The notes: generated by a model from the letters alone, not told the origin. A stretch of 48,883 bases of DNA from Candidatus Bipolaricaulia bacterium (GCA_042218715.1 JBDGQU010000097.1:1-48883), one strand, 5' to 3'. Numbered from the stretch's first letter, positions 1 to 9,495 are shown. A program made the numbers and translations.

Positions 1-100
1 ATAACATATCCTGGATTTAATATTCAAACAATCCGAGGTTAACTAAGGCAAATCCCTTGAACGGCAACCTGGTTGAGCCATTAACCAAATGTATATTCTT

Positions 101-172
101 CTCAGCGCTTTCCACTGTTGTGCTTGATTTTAGAACGTTATCCCCCTCCCCTTACCTGGCAACCTGATTTTC
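101..172 (+). repeat. Truncated, diverged left half (copy D) of the ~200-bp intergenic hairpin-repeat family; it stops about 10 nt before the pcm stop codon
   Basis: 101-115 ctcagcgctttccac and 137-170 gttatccccctccccttacctggcaacctgattt align with 4336-4350 and 4375-4411 of copy A. No convincing right arm lies downstream. Confidence 0.4.
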
Positions 173-181
173 GTTAATAGA

Positions 182-832
182 TTATTTACTCCAGCCTTCT
201 TCACCGACTAAGGGGAGAAAACTGCAATAGGACTTTTTCTCCTTTTTTGTCTCCTCGTTTTTCCTCGTGACCAGGACGATTCGCTGCTGTCGTTTTGGCC
301 CGGCAGGAATAACGAGTCTTCCCGGGTCGTCTAGCTGGTTGATTAGACTCTCGGGCACCTCCGGGACCGATCCTGTTCCTATGATCCTCTCAAACGGGGC
401 GTGCTCTCTCCATCCTTTGGTGCCGTCGCCTATTTTGTAGGTGATATTTTTCAACCCGATTTCCCTGTGAATATCTTTTGCCCGCTTTTGGAGCTCGGCT
501 TTGCGTTCGATTGTAAAGACAGCGTCCCCCAGCGTAGCCAGGATTGCCGTCTGGTACCCGGAGCCGGTTCCTATCTCCAGGACCCGGTCATCGGGACCTA
601 CGGAAAGTAGATCCGTCATCAGGGCTACTATGTAAGGCTGGGATATCGTCTGACCTTCTCCAATAGGTAGAGGTCTGTCGGAATATGCCTGGGATCTCTG
701 ATCTTCGGATACGAAAAGATGGCGAGGATTTGCCCTGAAAGCATCCAGCAATCTCTCGTCTTTTATCCCCCTCTTTTCGAGTTGGTTTTCGATCATCCGT
801 TCCAGTTCGAGGGAATGGCTATCTGGGTCCAT
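182..832 (-). CDS. pcm: Protein-L-isoaspartate O-methyltransferase
   Basis: 216 aa. SAM-binding motif VLEIGTGSGYQTAILA, QTISQPYIVALM motif, and a C-terminal FLPLVGEEG as in Pcm proteins. Confidence 0.9.
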   Translation of the reverse strand: MDPDSHSLELERMIENQLEKRGIKDERLLDAFRANPRHLFVSEDQRSQAYSDRPLPIGEGQTISQPYIVALMTDLLSVGPDDRVLEIGTGSGYQTAILATLGDAVFTIERKAELQKRAKDIHREIGLKNITYKIGDGTKGWREHAPFERIIGTGSVPEVPESLINQLDDPGRLVIPAGPKRQQRIVLVTRKNEETKKEKKSYCSFLPLVGEEGWSK

Positions 833-833
833 A

Positions 834-1064
834 TTAAGGCTTCTCCTCGTCCTCCCGAGAGAAGTAATCCTTAATTATCTTTCGCGACCTCTTTTCCCTG
901 TTTTTTGGCACCATAATCCGAATTTCCTCCTGCCCGGCGAACGGTAATACAGAGCGGGTGATGTGAGAGGAGAGATAGCAGGAAATATCGTAATCTCCCA
1001 AAATCTCCTTTATCAATTCCGCTTTCTGCTCGTTCCAGGTATTGTACACTTCAACTAGTTCCAT
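834..1064 (-). CDS. Small DUF2007-like (putative signal-transducing, PII-like fold) protein
   Basis: 76-aa ORF packed between the rluB-like gene (14-nt overlap) and pcm (1-nt gap). The family call rests only on size and N-terminal pattern. Confidence 0.45.
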   Translation of the reverse strand: MELVEVYNTWNEQKAELIKEILGDYDISCYLSSHITRSVLPFAGQEEIRIMVPKNREKRSRKIIKDYFSREDEEKP

Positions 1065-1833
1065 TTTCTCCCCCGGTCGTATCCCTTTGAGCCAGTGCCT
1101 CTTCCTTATAGTTCACTAAGGCACTCCATTCATCCGGTGTAACACGTTCGATGTCCTCAGGGGATAGGTCTCCCAATTCTATTGGCCCTATGGCAACTCT
1201 TCTCAACCTTACTATAGTGAGATCTACGGCGTTCAGTAATCTCTTTATCTCGTTCTTCTTTCCCTCGGTAAGTACTAGTTCAAGTTCAGTGTGGTCTTCT
1301 CCTTGATTTATTACGCCCCCCTCTTTTATTTGGAGAAGTTCACCGTTGTCCTCTATTCCTTCCATGAACTTTTCGATAATTCCACCTATTGCGCCATGAC
1401 CTAGCTCTTCGGAAATCCATATATGGTAGCGTTTTTCCACCTCGTAGCGAGGGTGGGTGAGAGAATGGACTAACTGTCCGTCGTTACTCAACAGTAATAA
1501 GCCCTCCGCGTCTTGGTCGAGCCTCCCGGCCCATCTATATCCAATGAATCCTTCGGATCTCAACGTCCGACCGAGAGTCCTTCCGTAATGGGGATCATCG
1601 TGGCTGCATAACATTCCCGTAGGTTTGAAGAATTTGTAGGCCCTTTTTTGGGGAGGATAAGTGGGTAAGGGATGACCCCGAAGGTATAATTTGTTAATTT
1701 CTTCAAGGGAATAATCCTCAAACGGATTGCTTTCCTTCCTTCCGTCGATCGTTACTTCCCCTTCTTCTATCAAATCCCTCGCCTTGCGGCGAGAAAGGCC
1801 TGATTGTTGCTGGATTATTTTCATTAGTTTCAT
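1051..1833 (-). CDS. RsuA/RluB-family rRNA pseudouridine synthase with N-terminal S4 domain
   Basis: 260 aa. S4-like N-terminus (GLSRRKARDLIEEGEVTIDG) and catalytic motif AGRLDQDAEGLLLLSNDG. Confidence 0.85.
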   Translation of the reverse strand: MKLMKIIQQQSGLSRRKARDLIEEGEVTIDGRKESNPFEDYSLEEINKLYLRGHPLPTYPPQKRAYKFFKPTGMLCSHDDPHYGRTLGRTLRSEGFIGYRWAGRLDQDAEGLLLLSNDGQLVHSLTHPRYEVEKRYHIWISEELGHGAIGGIIEKFMEGIEDNGELLQIKEGGVINQGEDHTELELVLTEGKKNEIKRLLNAVDLTIVRLRRVAIGPIELGDLSPEDIERVTPDEWSALVNYKEEALAQRDTTGGENGTS

Positions 1834-2029
1834 ATCAGTTTAAGGATGATTCAGGTTTCTCCGAGTTGCAAGATCAAATTGGAGATTCAAAGGCTAGGTT
1901 TCGCAGTTCGACTCGGACTTGATTGAACCTTGTTGACTTTTTTACGATAATCACTAGTTGATATGTAGTCCGGAGTTATTAACTTCTGTAGTTGGATGGA
2001 AAATCAAGGCATAAAAGGAGGAAACTTTT

Positions 2030-3094
2030 ATGAGATCTGAAACGGTTGATTTCCTGGAAAAATACGTCAATACTCTCAGTCCGTCCGGGTACGAAGACGA
2101 GGCGGCGAAAATATGGAAGGAAGAGGCGAAAGAATTCGCCGATGAGGTCCGAGGGGATCTACACGGAAATTCATTTGCCACAGTAAATAAAGGAGGGAGT
2201 CCCCGGATAATGCTGGCCGGCCACACCGACGAAATCGGGCTGATGGTTAACCAGATAACTGAGGACGGCTACCTGTTTTTTAATACGATTGGGGGCTGGG
2301 ACAATCAAATCTTTCCCGGTCAAAGAGTGCAGTTGAGGGGAAAAGAGCGGGAAGTGATTGGAGTTGTCGGTCGTAAACCGATTCATCTTCTCGAAGAGGA
2401 AGAACGCAAGGAGGTCGTTAAACCGGAGAACCTCTGGATTGACCTGGGTGTCCAGGGGGAAGAAGAGGCCAAAGAGCTTGTCGAGGTTGGTTCGCCGGGT
2501 GTTCTAGATTATTCTTTCCAGAAGTTGCAGGGGGATAGGGTTACAGCTCGAGGATTTGATGACAAAAGTGGAGGATTCGTGGTTCTGGAAGCCGCGCGGG
2601 AGCTGGCGAAATTAAACCCCCGGGCGGAGATTCACGCCGTGGCGACGGTACAAGAGGAGATTGGCTTAAGGGGAGCTCAAACCTCTGCTTTCGGGATCAA
2701 CCCTGATATTGGGATAGCAGTTGACGTAAGCCACGCCACCGATACCCCGCTGATGGATAAGGAGAAGAGGAAGGTTGGTGTGGCCGAGATCGACGAAGGT
2801 CCGATTCTTTCGAGGGGGCCGAATATCAACCCGGTCCTGTTGAAGAAACTGGTTGCCGTTGCTGAGGAAGAAGGTATACCTTACCAGATGGCAAGTGCTC
2901 CTGGTGGTACTGGAACGGACGCAAACGCGATTCAACTGACAAGGGGAGGAGTAGCCACGGGACTCGTATCCGTCCCCAACAGGTACATGCATAGCCCATG
3001 TGAAGTCGTAAGCCTGAACGACCTCAATAGTATTATAAAGTTAGTTGCCTCTACGGTTAATCAGGTAGAGGGAGAGACGTTTGAACCTTTTTAA
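2030..3094 (+). CDS. M42 family metallopeptidase (FrvX / glutamyl aminopeptidase-like)
   Basis: 354 aa. Shows LAGHTDEIGLMV, RGFDDKSGG, QEEIGLRGA and NRYMHSP motifs typical of M42 peptidases. AGGAGG lies 8 nt upstream of the ATG. Confidence 0.85.
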   Translation: MRSETVDFLEKYVNTLSPSGYEDEAAKIWKEEAKEFADEVRGDLHGNSFATVNKGGSPRIMLAGHTDEIGLMVNQITEDGYLFFNTIGGWDNQIFPGQRVQLRGKEREVIGVVGRKPIHLLEEEERKEVVKPENLWIDLGVQGEEEAKELVEVGSPGVLDYSFQKLQGDRVTARGFDDKSGGFVVLEAARELAKLNPRAEIHAVATVQEEIGLRGAQTSAFGINPDIGIAVDVSHATDTPLMDKEKRKVGVAEIDEGPILSRGPNINPVLLKKLVAVAEEEGIPYQMASAPGGTGTDANAIQLTRGGVATGLVSVPNRYMHSPCEVVSLNDLNSIIKLVASTVNQVEGETFEPF

Positions 3095-4279
3095 TTGGAC
3101 AATACATCTTTTGGTGATAAAGTGATGTCTAACGTGAGAGAAATAGCATCCAATGCTGGTGAAAGGTACGAAGAACTGAAGAGTTTCGAAGCGGATCAGG
3201 AAATAACAGCCGGGGGAATGAGAATAAAGGGCCACGTAAAATTCAGAAAGCCAAGGAGCGTGGCCGTAGAGTACGAAGATTACCAAAGCCCTATGGAGAA
3301 TTTTGAGGTTAAACTCTCCGGGGGCCCTGAGTTCATCGGAGATGATCTCGTTGATTCTCGGGTGGTCTACGGAGGAAAGGAAACATGGGTTCACCTGGTG
3401 GATAAGAATACCGCAGTTAAAAAAGAAGGTAAACTTCTGTATTCACCGTTTGCCGGTGTTGACGTTATTGGTCAACTGGGTTTCCTCCCTTCCCTGGTTA
3501 GTGATTTTTTACTTAAGGACGAGGGGGAAGGCGAGATAAACGGGAAACCGGTAGATCGCCTGGGATTAAAACCGAAGACACCAAGGCGTTCCTTATTCTT
3601 AAAGGAAGAGGTATTTAACCTGGAAAGAGCGGAACTAGCCCTTGACAAGGAGCTTGGGCTACCCCGGAAAATAACCTACTATCCTGGAGAAGGTGAGCAA
3701 CTGAGGTTTTCCGGCAGTCAAGGTAGCCCCGTATTCGTCGAATATTCAGATTACGAGTTGGACGGGCTTGGCAAACGGGATTTTCAATTTGATCCCTCGA
3801 AGGTGGATAAGGTATTTGAGGAACAAGTAGTTTCGGAAAACGAGTTTGGAGAGTCTTTTCCGCTATCGATTCCTCTAACCGAGATTAAGAAAAAGGGTTA
3901 CGAGCGAGCCCGGGATAAGATATCCGTGTTAAAGGATGACGAGACGGGAAGAGCTTACTGCTCAATAACTTTAATTAAATCGGACGAGGCAGGACGTCGT
4001 CCGACCAGCTCGGTCCAATTATTGGTCGGAAACTACCTTTCCCGGGAGATGAGCAGGCACCGTACGTACATGTCAGAAAACGGGGAAGAAATGGACCTTG
4101 AAGACCATACAGTACGATTGGCGGACAGGGCGGAAGCTGTGAGGGAAAGGTTACCCGAAGAGTGGGACCAGGAGATTTTGGAAATTAGCTGGCAGGGCGA
4201 AGAGTCGTTTTACTACTTACTGGGTCAGGGAATAGGGAAAGACGAATTGATTGATCTTGCCCGGGATTTTCTGAGTTGA
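3095..4279 (+). CDS. Hypothetical protein; the N-terminal half resembles the LolA/RseB-like (DUF4367-type) fold. No signal peptide.
   Basis: 394-aa ORF. A TTG start at 3095 directly abuts the M42 stop (3092-3094); an alternative ATG lies at 3125. No recognisable catalytic motif. Confidence 0.5.
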   Translation: MDNTSFGDKVMSNVREIASNAGERYEELKSFEADQEITAGGMRIKGHVKFRKPRSVAVEYEDYQSPMENFEVKLSGGPEFIGDDLVDSRVVYGGKETWVHLVDKNTAVKKEGKLLYSPFAGVDVIGQLGFLPSLVSDFLLKDEGEGEINGKPVDRLGLKPKTPRRSLFLKEEVFNLERAELALDKELGLPRKITYYPGEGEQLRFSGSQGSPVFVEYSDYELDGLGKRDFQFDPSKVDKVFEEQVVSENEFGESFPLSIPLTEIKKKGYERARDKISVLKDDETGRAYCSITLIKSDEAGRRPTSSVQLLVGNYLSREMSRHRTYMSENGEEMDLEDHTVRLADRAEAVRERLPEEWDQEILEISWQGEESFYYLLGQGIGKDELIDLARDFLS

Positions 4280-4284
4280 CCGTA

Positions 4285-4312
4285 ACAGGCTGGACTTTGA
4301 TGCCCAGCCTGT
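4285..4312 (+). terminator. 9-bp stem-loop just after the 3095-4279 CDS (possible terminator, no U-tract)
   Basis: acaggctgg (4285-4293) pairs with ccagcctgt (4304-4312) around a 10-nt loop. Confidence 0.3.
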
Positions 4313-4334
4313 AGATTAGCCGTAAGTAGCTGGA

Positions 4335-4539
4335 ACTCAGTTCTTTCACCACAGTCGTACTTAATATTTCGTCCGTTATTCTCCCTCTGCCGCTTAGCTG
4401 GCAACTGATTTAACCTTATAACCCTGAACGTACCCGAAATCCCGGCAGCCAGGTAAGCGGTAGAGGGTATAAACGATAAAATTAAGTCACCTTTCGTAAA
4501 TTTTCGCCTGGTTTTCATCCAATAGTGAAAGAACTGAGT
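4335..4539 (+). repeat. Copy A of a ~200-bp intergenic long-imperfect-hairpin repeat (MITE/ERIC-like element or structured RNA)
   Basis: Perfect 15-bp outer stem: actcagttctttcac (4335-4349) with gtgaaagaactgagt (4525-4539). Inner arms at 4376-4407 and 4441-4472 (ccctctgccgcttagctggc with gccaggtaagcggtagaggg). A further pair is acttaat (4358-4364) with attaagt (4481-4487). Homologous copies lie at 39130-39307 (inverted) and 47868-48058. Confidence 0.8.
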
Positions 4540-4604
4540 GGAAAGAATTCAGTTTTCAGGGAAAGTCATTGAGTTATAACGAATCCAAAGTTTAGTACTT
4601 AGGG

Positions 4605-5774
4605 CTACTTTCTAAATTCTTCCCGGAATTTCTTGAGTTTTTCGAAGAAAGACTCCTTTTCGTCAGAGTTGTTCCCAACCGGGTTCTCGAGAAGTTCGTT
4701 TAGTCTTTCCATTAATTCCCTTTCCTCGGGGGCCAAGTTGGTCGGGGTAACCCCTTTGAGTCTTATTATTTGGTCTCCCTTGCCGCGACTATTTAGATGG
4801 GGAATGCCGTAATCTCTTAGTTTGATCTTCTCTCCCGATTGAGTTCCCGGTTCTACTTCGACTTCTTCGACTCCGTCCAGCGTAGGAACTTTTATCGTGT
4901 CCCCGAGGGTTAATTGAGTGAACTGGACGGGGACCGTAGTAAGAATGTCGTCTCCCTTCCTGATAAAGGTTTCGTGTTCCTTTACGTCTACCGTGATAAA
5001 TAAGTCTCCCGCAGGAGCACCCTGCCTGCCAACGTTCCCTTTTCCTTTAATTCTCAATCTTGATCCGTCTTTGACTCCGGGTGGTACTTTTACCGAGATT
5101 TCACTTTTTTCTTTGGCTCTTCCTTCACCCCGGCATTTCGGACAGGGGTCGTCGATTACTTCGCCACTTCCCCCGCACTTGGGACAGACCTGGACGTTAA
5201 CGAAGCTTCCCAGCATAGTCTGTTGCTTTTGTCTAATCTCCCCTCTGCCATTGCAGTGAGAGCAGGTACGTTTAGAAGAGCCGGGCTTTACGCCGCTTCC
5301 GTCACAACGGTCACACTTTTCAAACCTGGGAATGGAGAACTTCACCCGGGTCCCTTTGGCGGCGTCTTCGAGGGAAATCCTTAGTTTTCGCTGGAGATCT
5401 TCGCCTTTTTGGGCTGCTGTCTGAGATCCTGATCCCCTCCGTCTTCTGCCTTCACCGAAGAAAAGGTCAAATATGTCGTCAAACGAGCTATCGGAGAACG
5501 CGCTTCGCGCTCGTTCGTAGTCCTGATTCCCAAAATCAAAGCCCTGAGAAGGGCCGGTGTGGCCGAACTTGTCGTACTGAGCTCTCTTGTCGGGATCGGA
5601 GAGAACTTCGTAAGCTTCGGTGACTTCTTTAAACTTTTCCTCTGCTTCTTCCTTGTCGAGATCCGGGTTCATGTCAGGATGGTACTTTTTTGCCTTTTTT
5701 CTGTATGCTTTCTTTATTTCGTCTTCTGAAGCGTCTTCGTCCAAACCTAGGACATCGTAGTAATCTTTTGCCAT
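4605..5774 (-). CDS. dnaJ: Molecular chaperone DnaJ (type I, with Zn-finger CxxCxGxG repeats)
   Basis: 389 aa. J-domain with KYHPD, a G/F-rich region, and four CxxCxGxG motifs. Confidence 0.95.
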   Translation of the reverse strand: MAKDYYDVLGLDEDASEDEIKKAYRKKAKKYHPDMNPDLDKEEAEEKFKEVTEAYEVLSDPDKRAQYDKFGHTGPSQGFDFGNQDYERARSAFSDSSFDDIFDLFFGEGRRRRGSGSQTAAQKGEDLQRKLRISLEDAAKGTRVKFSIPRFEKCDRCDGSGVKPGSSKRTCSHCNGRGEIRQKQQTMLGSFVNVQVCPKCGGSGEVIDDPCPKCRGEGRAKEKSEISVKVPPGVKDGSRLRIKGKGNVGRQGAPAGDLFITVDVKEHETFIRKGDDILTTVPVQFTQLTLGDTIKVPTLDGVEEVEVEPGTQSGEKIKLRDYGIPHLNSRGKGDQIIRLKGVTPTNLAPEERELMERLNELLENPVGNNSDEKESFFEKLKKFREEFRK

Positions 5775-5825
5775 AAATACCGGCCCTCTAGTTTTTAATT
5801 ATAGTTTTACTATGATTCTTCTCAG

Positions 5826-7736
5826 CTACTCTTCGTCCTCAGGTTCTTCGTATTCGGCGTCTACGTATTCGTCGTCTTCGGTAGTCGAACCTCCGCCCTG
5901 AGCTGGTCCTCCGGGACCTCCGGGTCCGCCTGCTCCTGGACCTGCTGCTCCACCGGGTCCTGCTCCGGCACCCGGACCACCCTGGCCACCTTCGTAGGCG
6001 GTCTTACCGATTTCTTGAGCTGCCTGGTTTAGTTCTTCTATTCCTTCCTCTAGTTTCTCTTTCGAGGCGTCTTCTTCTACGAGCTCTTCGAGGTTTTCTA
6101 TTTTTTCTTCGACTTTGGACTTTACTTCTTCGTCAACCTGGTCCCCTAGTTCTTCCAGACTCTGTCTCGTCGAGTAAGTTAACTGATCGGCTTTGTTCTT
6201 CGTTTCTATTTGTTCCGCCTTGCGTTTATCTTCTTCCTCGTGTTTTTCGGCTTCTTCTTTCATTTGTTCTATCTCTTCTTCCGAAAGTCTGGAAGGTTCT
6301 TCTATCGTTACGGATTCAGACTTTCCGGTACCTTTATCTTCTGCCGATACGTGAAGAATGCCGTCTGCGTCGATGCTGAACGTTACGTCGATCTGGGGAG
6401 TTCCCCGAGGAGCTGGCGGGATTCCGGTAAGTTGAAATCGACCGATACTCTTGTTGTCTTCTGCCATCTTCCGTTCTCCCTGAACTACGTGGATGTCCAC
6501 GGTCGTCTGGTTGTCCTCGGCAGTCGAGAATGTTTTCGTCTTTTCCGTGGGAATGGTCGTGTTCTTCTCGATAAGCGGTGTCGTAACTCCACCCAGTGTC
6601 TCTATACCCAAAGTCAGAGGAGTCACGTCGAGAAGTACCAGGTCATCTACTTCACCGGCGAGGACTCCTCCCTGAATGGCTGCACCCCTTGCGACTACTT
6701 CGTCGGGGTTTATTTCTTTGTTTATTTTGCCCGGTATGTGTTCCTCTATCAATTCCTGAACCTTGGGAATTCTCGTTGAGCCTCCAACCAGAACTACCTG
6801 GTCTATATCGTTCTTGTCCATACTCGCTTCCGAGAGGGTCGACTCGAGGATATCCATTGTTCGGGAAAGTAAATCGTCTATCATACTCTCGAACTTCGCC
6901 CGGGTCAACTTTTCGTCCAGGTGTTTTGGCCCACTCTGGTTGGCGGTAATATAGGGTAAGTTAATCGTAGTTTCTTTTCTGGTAGAAAGCTCCTGCTTGG
7001 CCTCCTCGGCGGCTGTCTTTAACCGCTGGAGCGCGCTCTGATCTTCCGAAAGGTCTATGCCTTCCTTGCTCTTGAATTGATCTACCAGCCAGTCGATTAT
7101 TCTCTGGTCGAAGTCGTCTCCACCTAGCTTGGTATCCCCGTCAGTAGCAACTACCTCGAAGACGCCATCTCCTAACTCGAGAATTGAGACGTCGAAGGTT
7201 CCACCGCCGAGATCGTAGACGAGAATTGTCTGGTCGGATTGATCCTTCAATCCATAAGCCAGTGAAGCAGCTGTAGGCTCGTTTATTATCCGTTCTACCT
7301 CGAGGTCAGCTAGTTTTCCGGCATCTTTAGTTGCCTGGCGCTGACTGTCGTTGAAGTATGCGGGTACTGTGATGACGGCCTTCTTTACTTCGCGCCCGAG
7401 CCTTTCTTCAGCGTCCTCTTTTATCTTTCGAAGTATCATCGAGGAAATCTGCTCCGGAGAATAAGTCTTCTCCTGTCCGTCTGCCGATATCTTCACTTCG
7501 TAATCCTCGCCCATCCTACGTTTTATCGAAGTAACTGTCCTATTAGGATTAGTGATAGCCTGCCGTTTTGCAGTTTCCCCAACCAATCTCTCATCTTCGT
7601 CCGTAAATGCGACCACCGAAGGGGTCGTCCTATTACCGTCAGCGTTCGTTAGTACCTCTGGATCTCCCCCTTCTAAAACGGCTACACACGAGTTGGTCGT
7701 CCCGAGATCTATGCCGATAATTTTCTCTTTAGCCAT
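5826..7736 (-). CDS. dnaK: Molecular chaperone DnaK (Hsp70)
   Basis: 636 aa. Motifs [18 protein letters not shown] and [10 protein letters not shown], with a G/P/A-rich acidic C-terminal tail. Confidence 0.98.
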   Translation of the reverse strand: MAKEKIIGIDLGTTNSCVAVLEGGDPEVLTNADGNRTTPSVVAFTDEDERLVGETAKRQAITNPNRTVTSIKRRMGEDYEVKISADGQEKTYSPEQISSMILRKIKEDAEERLGREVKKAVITVPAYFNDSQRQATKDAGKLADLEVERIINEPTAASLAYGLKDQSDQTILVYDLGGGTFDVSILELGDGVFEVVATDGDTKLGGDDFDQRIIDWLVDQFKSKEGIDLSEDQSALQRLKTAAEEAKQELSTRKETTINLPYITANQSGPKHLDEKLTRAKFESMIDDLLSRTMDILESTLSEASMDKNDIDQVVLVGGSTRIPKVQELIEEHIPGKINKEINPDEVVARGAAIQGGVLAGEVDDLVLLDVTPLTLGIETLGGVTTPLIEKNTTIPTEKTKTFSTAEDNQTTVDIHVVQGERKMAEDNKSIGRFQLTGIPPAPRGTPQIDVTFSIDADGILHVSAEDKGTGKSESVTIEEPSRLSEEEIEQMKEEAEKHEEEDKRKAEQIETKNKADQLTYSTRQSLEELGDQVDEEVKSKVEEKIENLEELVEEDASKEKLEEGIEELNQAAQEIGKTAYEGGQGGPGAGAGPGGAAGPGAGGPGGPGGPAQGGGSTTEDDEYVDAEYEEPEDEE

Positions 7737-7765
7737 TATTTCTACCTCCCATGTTTAATTCTGGG

Positions 7766-8404
7766 TTAATTATCTTCATTACCCTCGGATTCCGAGGGCT
7801 TGATATTTACCTTTACCTTGCTTGGCTTGAGTACCTTTCCTTTATAAGTGTAACCCCGTTCGAACTCTTCGGTTATTTCATTATGTTGGTGTTCGTCCGA
7901 CTCGACCCTCATCAAAGCCTGATGCTTTTTGGGGTCGAATTTTTTGCCTTCAGTCTCTATCGGTTCGATATCCCTCTTGTCGAGAAACTCTGCGAACTGA
8001 GCATATATCTTCTCCACCCCTTCTACGAAAGACTCCTTGTCATCGTTTTTTTCAAAGCTTTTAAAAGCTCTGTCCAGGTTGTCGTAAAGTGGCACGAGGT
8101 CCTTTATAAGTTCTCCCTTTTCCTTGTTAACTTGTGCATCCTTTTTGCTCGTTTGCCTTTTCTTGTAGTTGTCGAAGTCTGCTTTTAGATGTCTAATTCT
8201 ATCCTTCAGTTCCTTAATTGTTTCCTCTTTTTCTTCCACCTTTTCCTCCAGTTCTTCTATTCTAGCTGTTTCCTTCCCCGCTTCTCTTTCCTGGTCTTGT
8301 TCGGTTTTCTGGTTTTCCTCAGCTTCTTCTAAGTCGAGGTATTTCTCTTCAGTTTTATCCGATTTTTCCTCGGTTTCTTTAGTATCTTTAGCCACCGGTA
8401 TCAC
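7766..8404 (-). CDS. grpE: Nucleotide exchange factor GrpE
   Basis: 212 aa. Acidic coiled-coil N-terminus, ADFDNYKKR motif, position between hrcA and dnaK. Confidence 0.93.
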   Translation of the reverse strand: MIPVAKDTKETEEKSDKTEEKYLDLEEAEENQKTEQDQEREAGKETARIEELEEKVEEKEETIKELKDRIRHLKADFDNYKKRQTSKKDAQVNKEKGELIKDLVPLYDNLDRAFKSFEKNDDKESFVEGVEKIYAQFAEFLDKRDIEPIETEGKKFDPKKHQALMRVESDEHQHNEITEEFERGYTYKGKVLKPSKVKVNIKPSESEGNEDN

Positions 8405-8413
8405 CCCTTTCCG

Positions 8414-9436
8414 TTAATTCTTCTTTCCAGCTGTTAGCAAAGTGTCTAACCTGCTACCAATGTACTGAACCGTAGAGAACGACTTACTGTAATCCATATT
8501 GACTGGTCCGATAACCCCCAATGAGCTAGAACAGTTGATTAGCCTCTTTATTATCAAGCTATAAGGCAATAATTCCGAGTCGTCGTTGAGACCGACTATA
8601 GCCGTTATTTGGTTATCCTCTTCTTTACAGGACTCTGTTATTTTCGTCAAGCTTTTTTCGTTTAAGAAGCTAAATACTTTTTTTAGTTTTTCCGGATTTT
8701 GGTTTCTCTCTGGCCCGGTTCCAAGTATGTTGAGCGCCCCTTCTAGATACAACCTCCTCTCGCTGCGTTCCTGCAAAAAATTCCTTATTAAGAGGAAGGA
8801 ATCCCGGGTTAACTTGTCGTACCATCCCTCTTCATTCAGATCGACGTCTTTTAGCTCTTTAAGGTGCTTTAACTGGGTCCCCACCAGTCTATCCGAAAGC
8901 AGCGGATTTATTCTATCCAGTTCTTCCTGGGTAATTTTCCTGTCGGCCTCGATTACCCGATTTTCAACCAGGCCTATATCCGTCACGAGTATTGCCATCA
9001 AATGGGTGTCGTCCAGCTGTGTTAACGTGAAATACTTAACTTCTCTTTTTTCTAGATCCGGTCCGAGAACGAACCCCGTGTATCCCGTTATATTTGCCAG
9101 TAAAGTTGCAGTATTCCTTAGTAGCCGTTCAGTATTTTGTTGCTCGAACTCGTAGGCCTCTACTACTGCTTGCTGCTCTTCGCCCGAAAGTTCCGAAAGT
9201 TCTATTAACCAGCTAACGAAGTAACGATATCCCTCTATTGTCGGGACCCTGCCTCCGGAGGTATAAGGTTTTTTGAGGTAGCCCTCTTCCTCCAGTTCGT
9301 GCATGTCGTTTCTCACAGTAGCCGAAGAATAATCCAGGTCGTATTCCTCCAGTATCATCTTCGAAGAGATTGGCTCCCCTGTCTCGATGTACCCATCGAC
9401 TATTTCTTTTAAAATGAGTTCCTTTCGATTTTTCAT
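8414..9436 (-). CDS. hrcA: Heat-inducible transcription repressor HrcA
   Basis: 340 aa. N-terminal winged-helix pattern (ILKEIVDGYIETGEPISSK, SSATVRNDMHELEEEGYL). First gene of the hrcA-grpE-dnaK-dnaJ operon, with CIRCE immediately upstream. Confidence 0.92.
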   Translation of the reverse strand: MKNRKELILKEIVDGYIETGEPISSKMILEEYDLDYSSATVRNDMHELEEEGYLKKPYTSGGRVPTIEGYRYFVSWLIELSELSGEEQQAVVEAYEFEQQNTERLLRNTATLLANITGYTGFVLGPDLEKREVKYFTLTQLDDTHLMAILVTDIGLVENRVIEADRKITQEELDRINPLLSDRLVGTQLKHLKELKDVDLNEEGWYDKLTRDSFLLIRNFLQERSERRLYLEGALNILGTGPERNQNPEKLKKVFSFLNEKSLTKITESCKEEDNQITAIVGLNDDSELLPYSLIIKRLINCSSSLGVIGPVNMDYSKSFSTVQYIGSRLDTLLTAGKKN

Positions 9437-9439
9437 AAA

Positions 9440-9466
9440 TTAGCACTCACACCACCAGACTGCTAA
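9440..9466 (-). promoter_or_regulatory. CIRCE operator (HrcA binding site)
   Basis: The coding strand reads TTAGCAGTC-N9-GAGTGCTAA, one mismatch from consensus TTAGCACTC-N9-GAGTGCTAA. It ends 3 nt before the hrcA ATG. Confidence 0.85.
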
Positions 9467-9495
9467 ATCTTAACTAGAGCCCCCTTTTTTTTCAA
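9467..9495 (-). promoter_or_regulatory. Putative sigma-70-type promoter of the hrcA operon
   Basis: Minus strand reads TTGAAA (9495-9490), N17, TAAGAT (9472-9467), directly abutting CIRCE. This is the classical promoter-CIRCE arrangement. Confidence 0.5.

Noticed and set aside
200-235. Apparent right-arm match (ccgactaaggggagaaaac) for the truncated repeat, inside the pcm 3' end
   Set aside because: The matching bases encode the conserved Pcm C-terminal FLPL motif, so the similarity is most likely coincidental.
4375-4472. Possibility that the hairpin repeats are integron attC sites or a CRISPR-like array
   Set aside because: The arm ends (gttattc / gtataac) do not fit the RYYYAAC...GTTRRRY cores. 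There is no intI gene or cassette organisation. The copies are tens of kb apart rather than regularly spaced.
4225-4518. 97-aa minus-strand ORF sharing the peptide LNQLPAKRQRENNG with the ORF at 47771-47968
   Set aside because: The shared peptide is just the translation of the conserved repeat arm. Starts, ends and flanks differ between copies, and the inverted copy B has no equivalent ORF. This reflects a DNA/RNA-level repeat, not a gene.
6210-6779. 189-aa ORF on the plus strand, plus the 6493-6954 ORFs
   Set aside because: Antisense to dnaK and rich in Phe, Leu, Arg and Ser. These are shadow ORFs.
8586-9155. 189-aa ORF on the plus strand
   Set aside because: Antisense to hrcA, Ser-rich and low-complexity. 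A shadow ORF.
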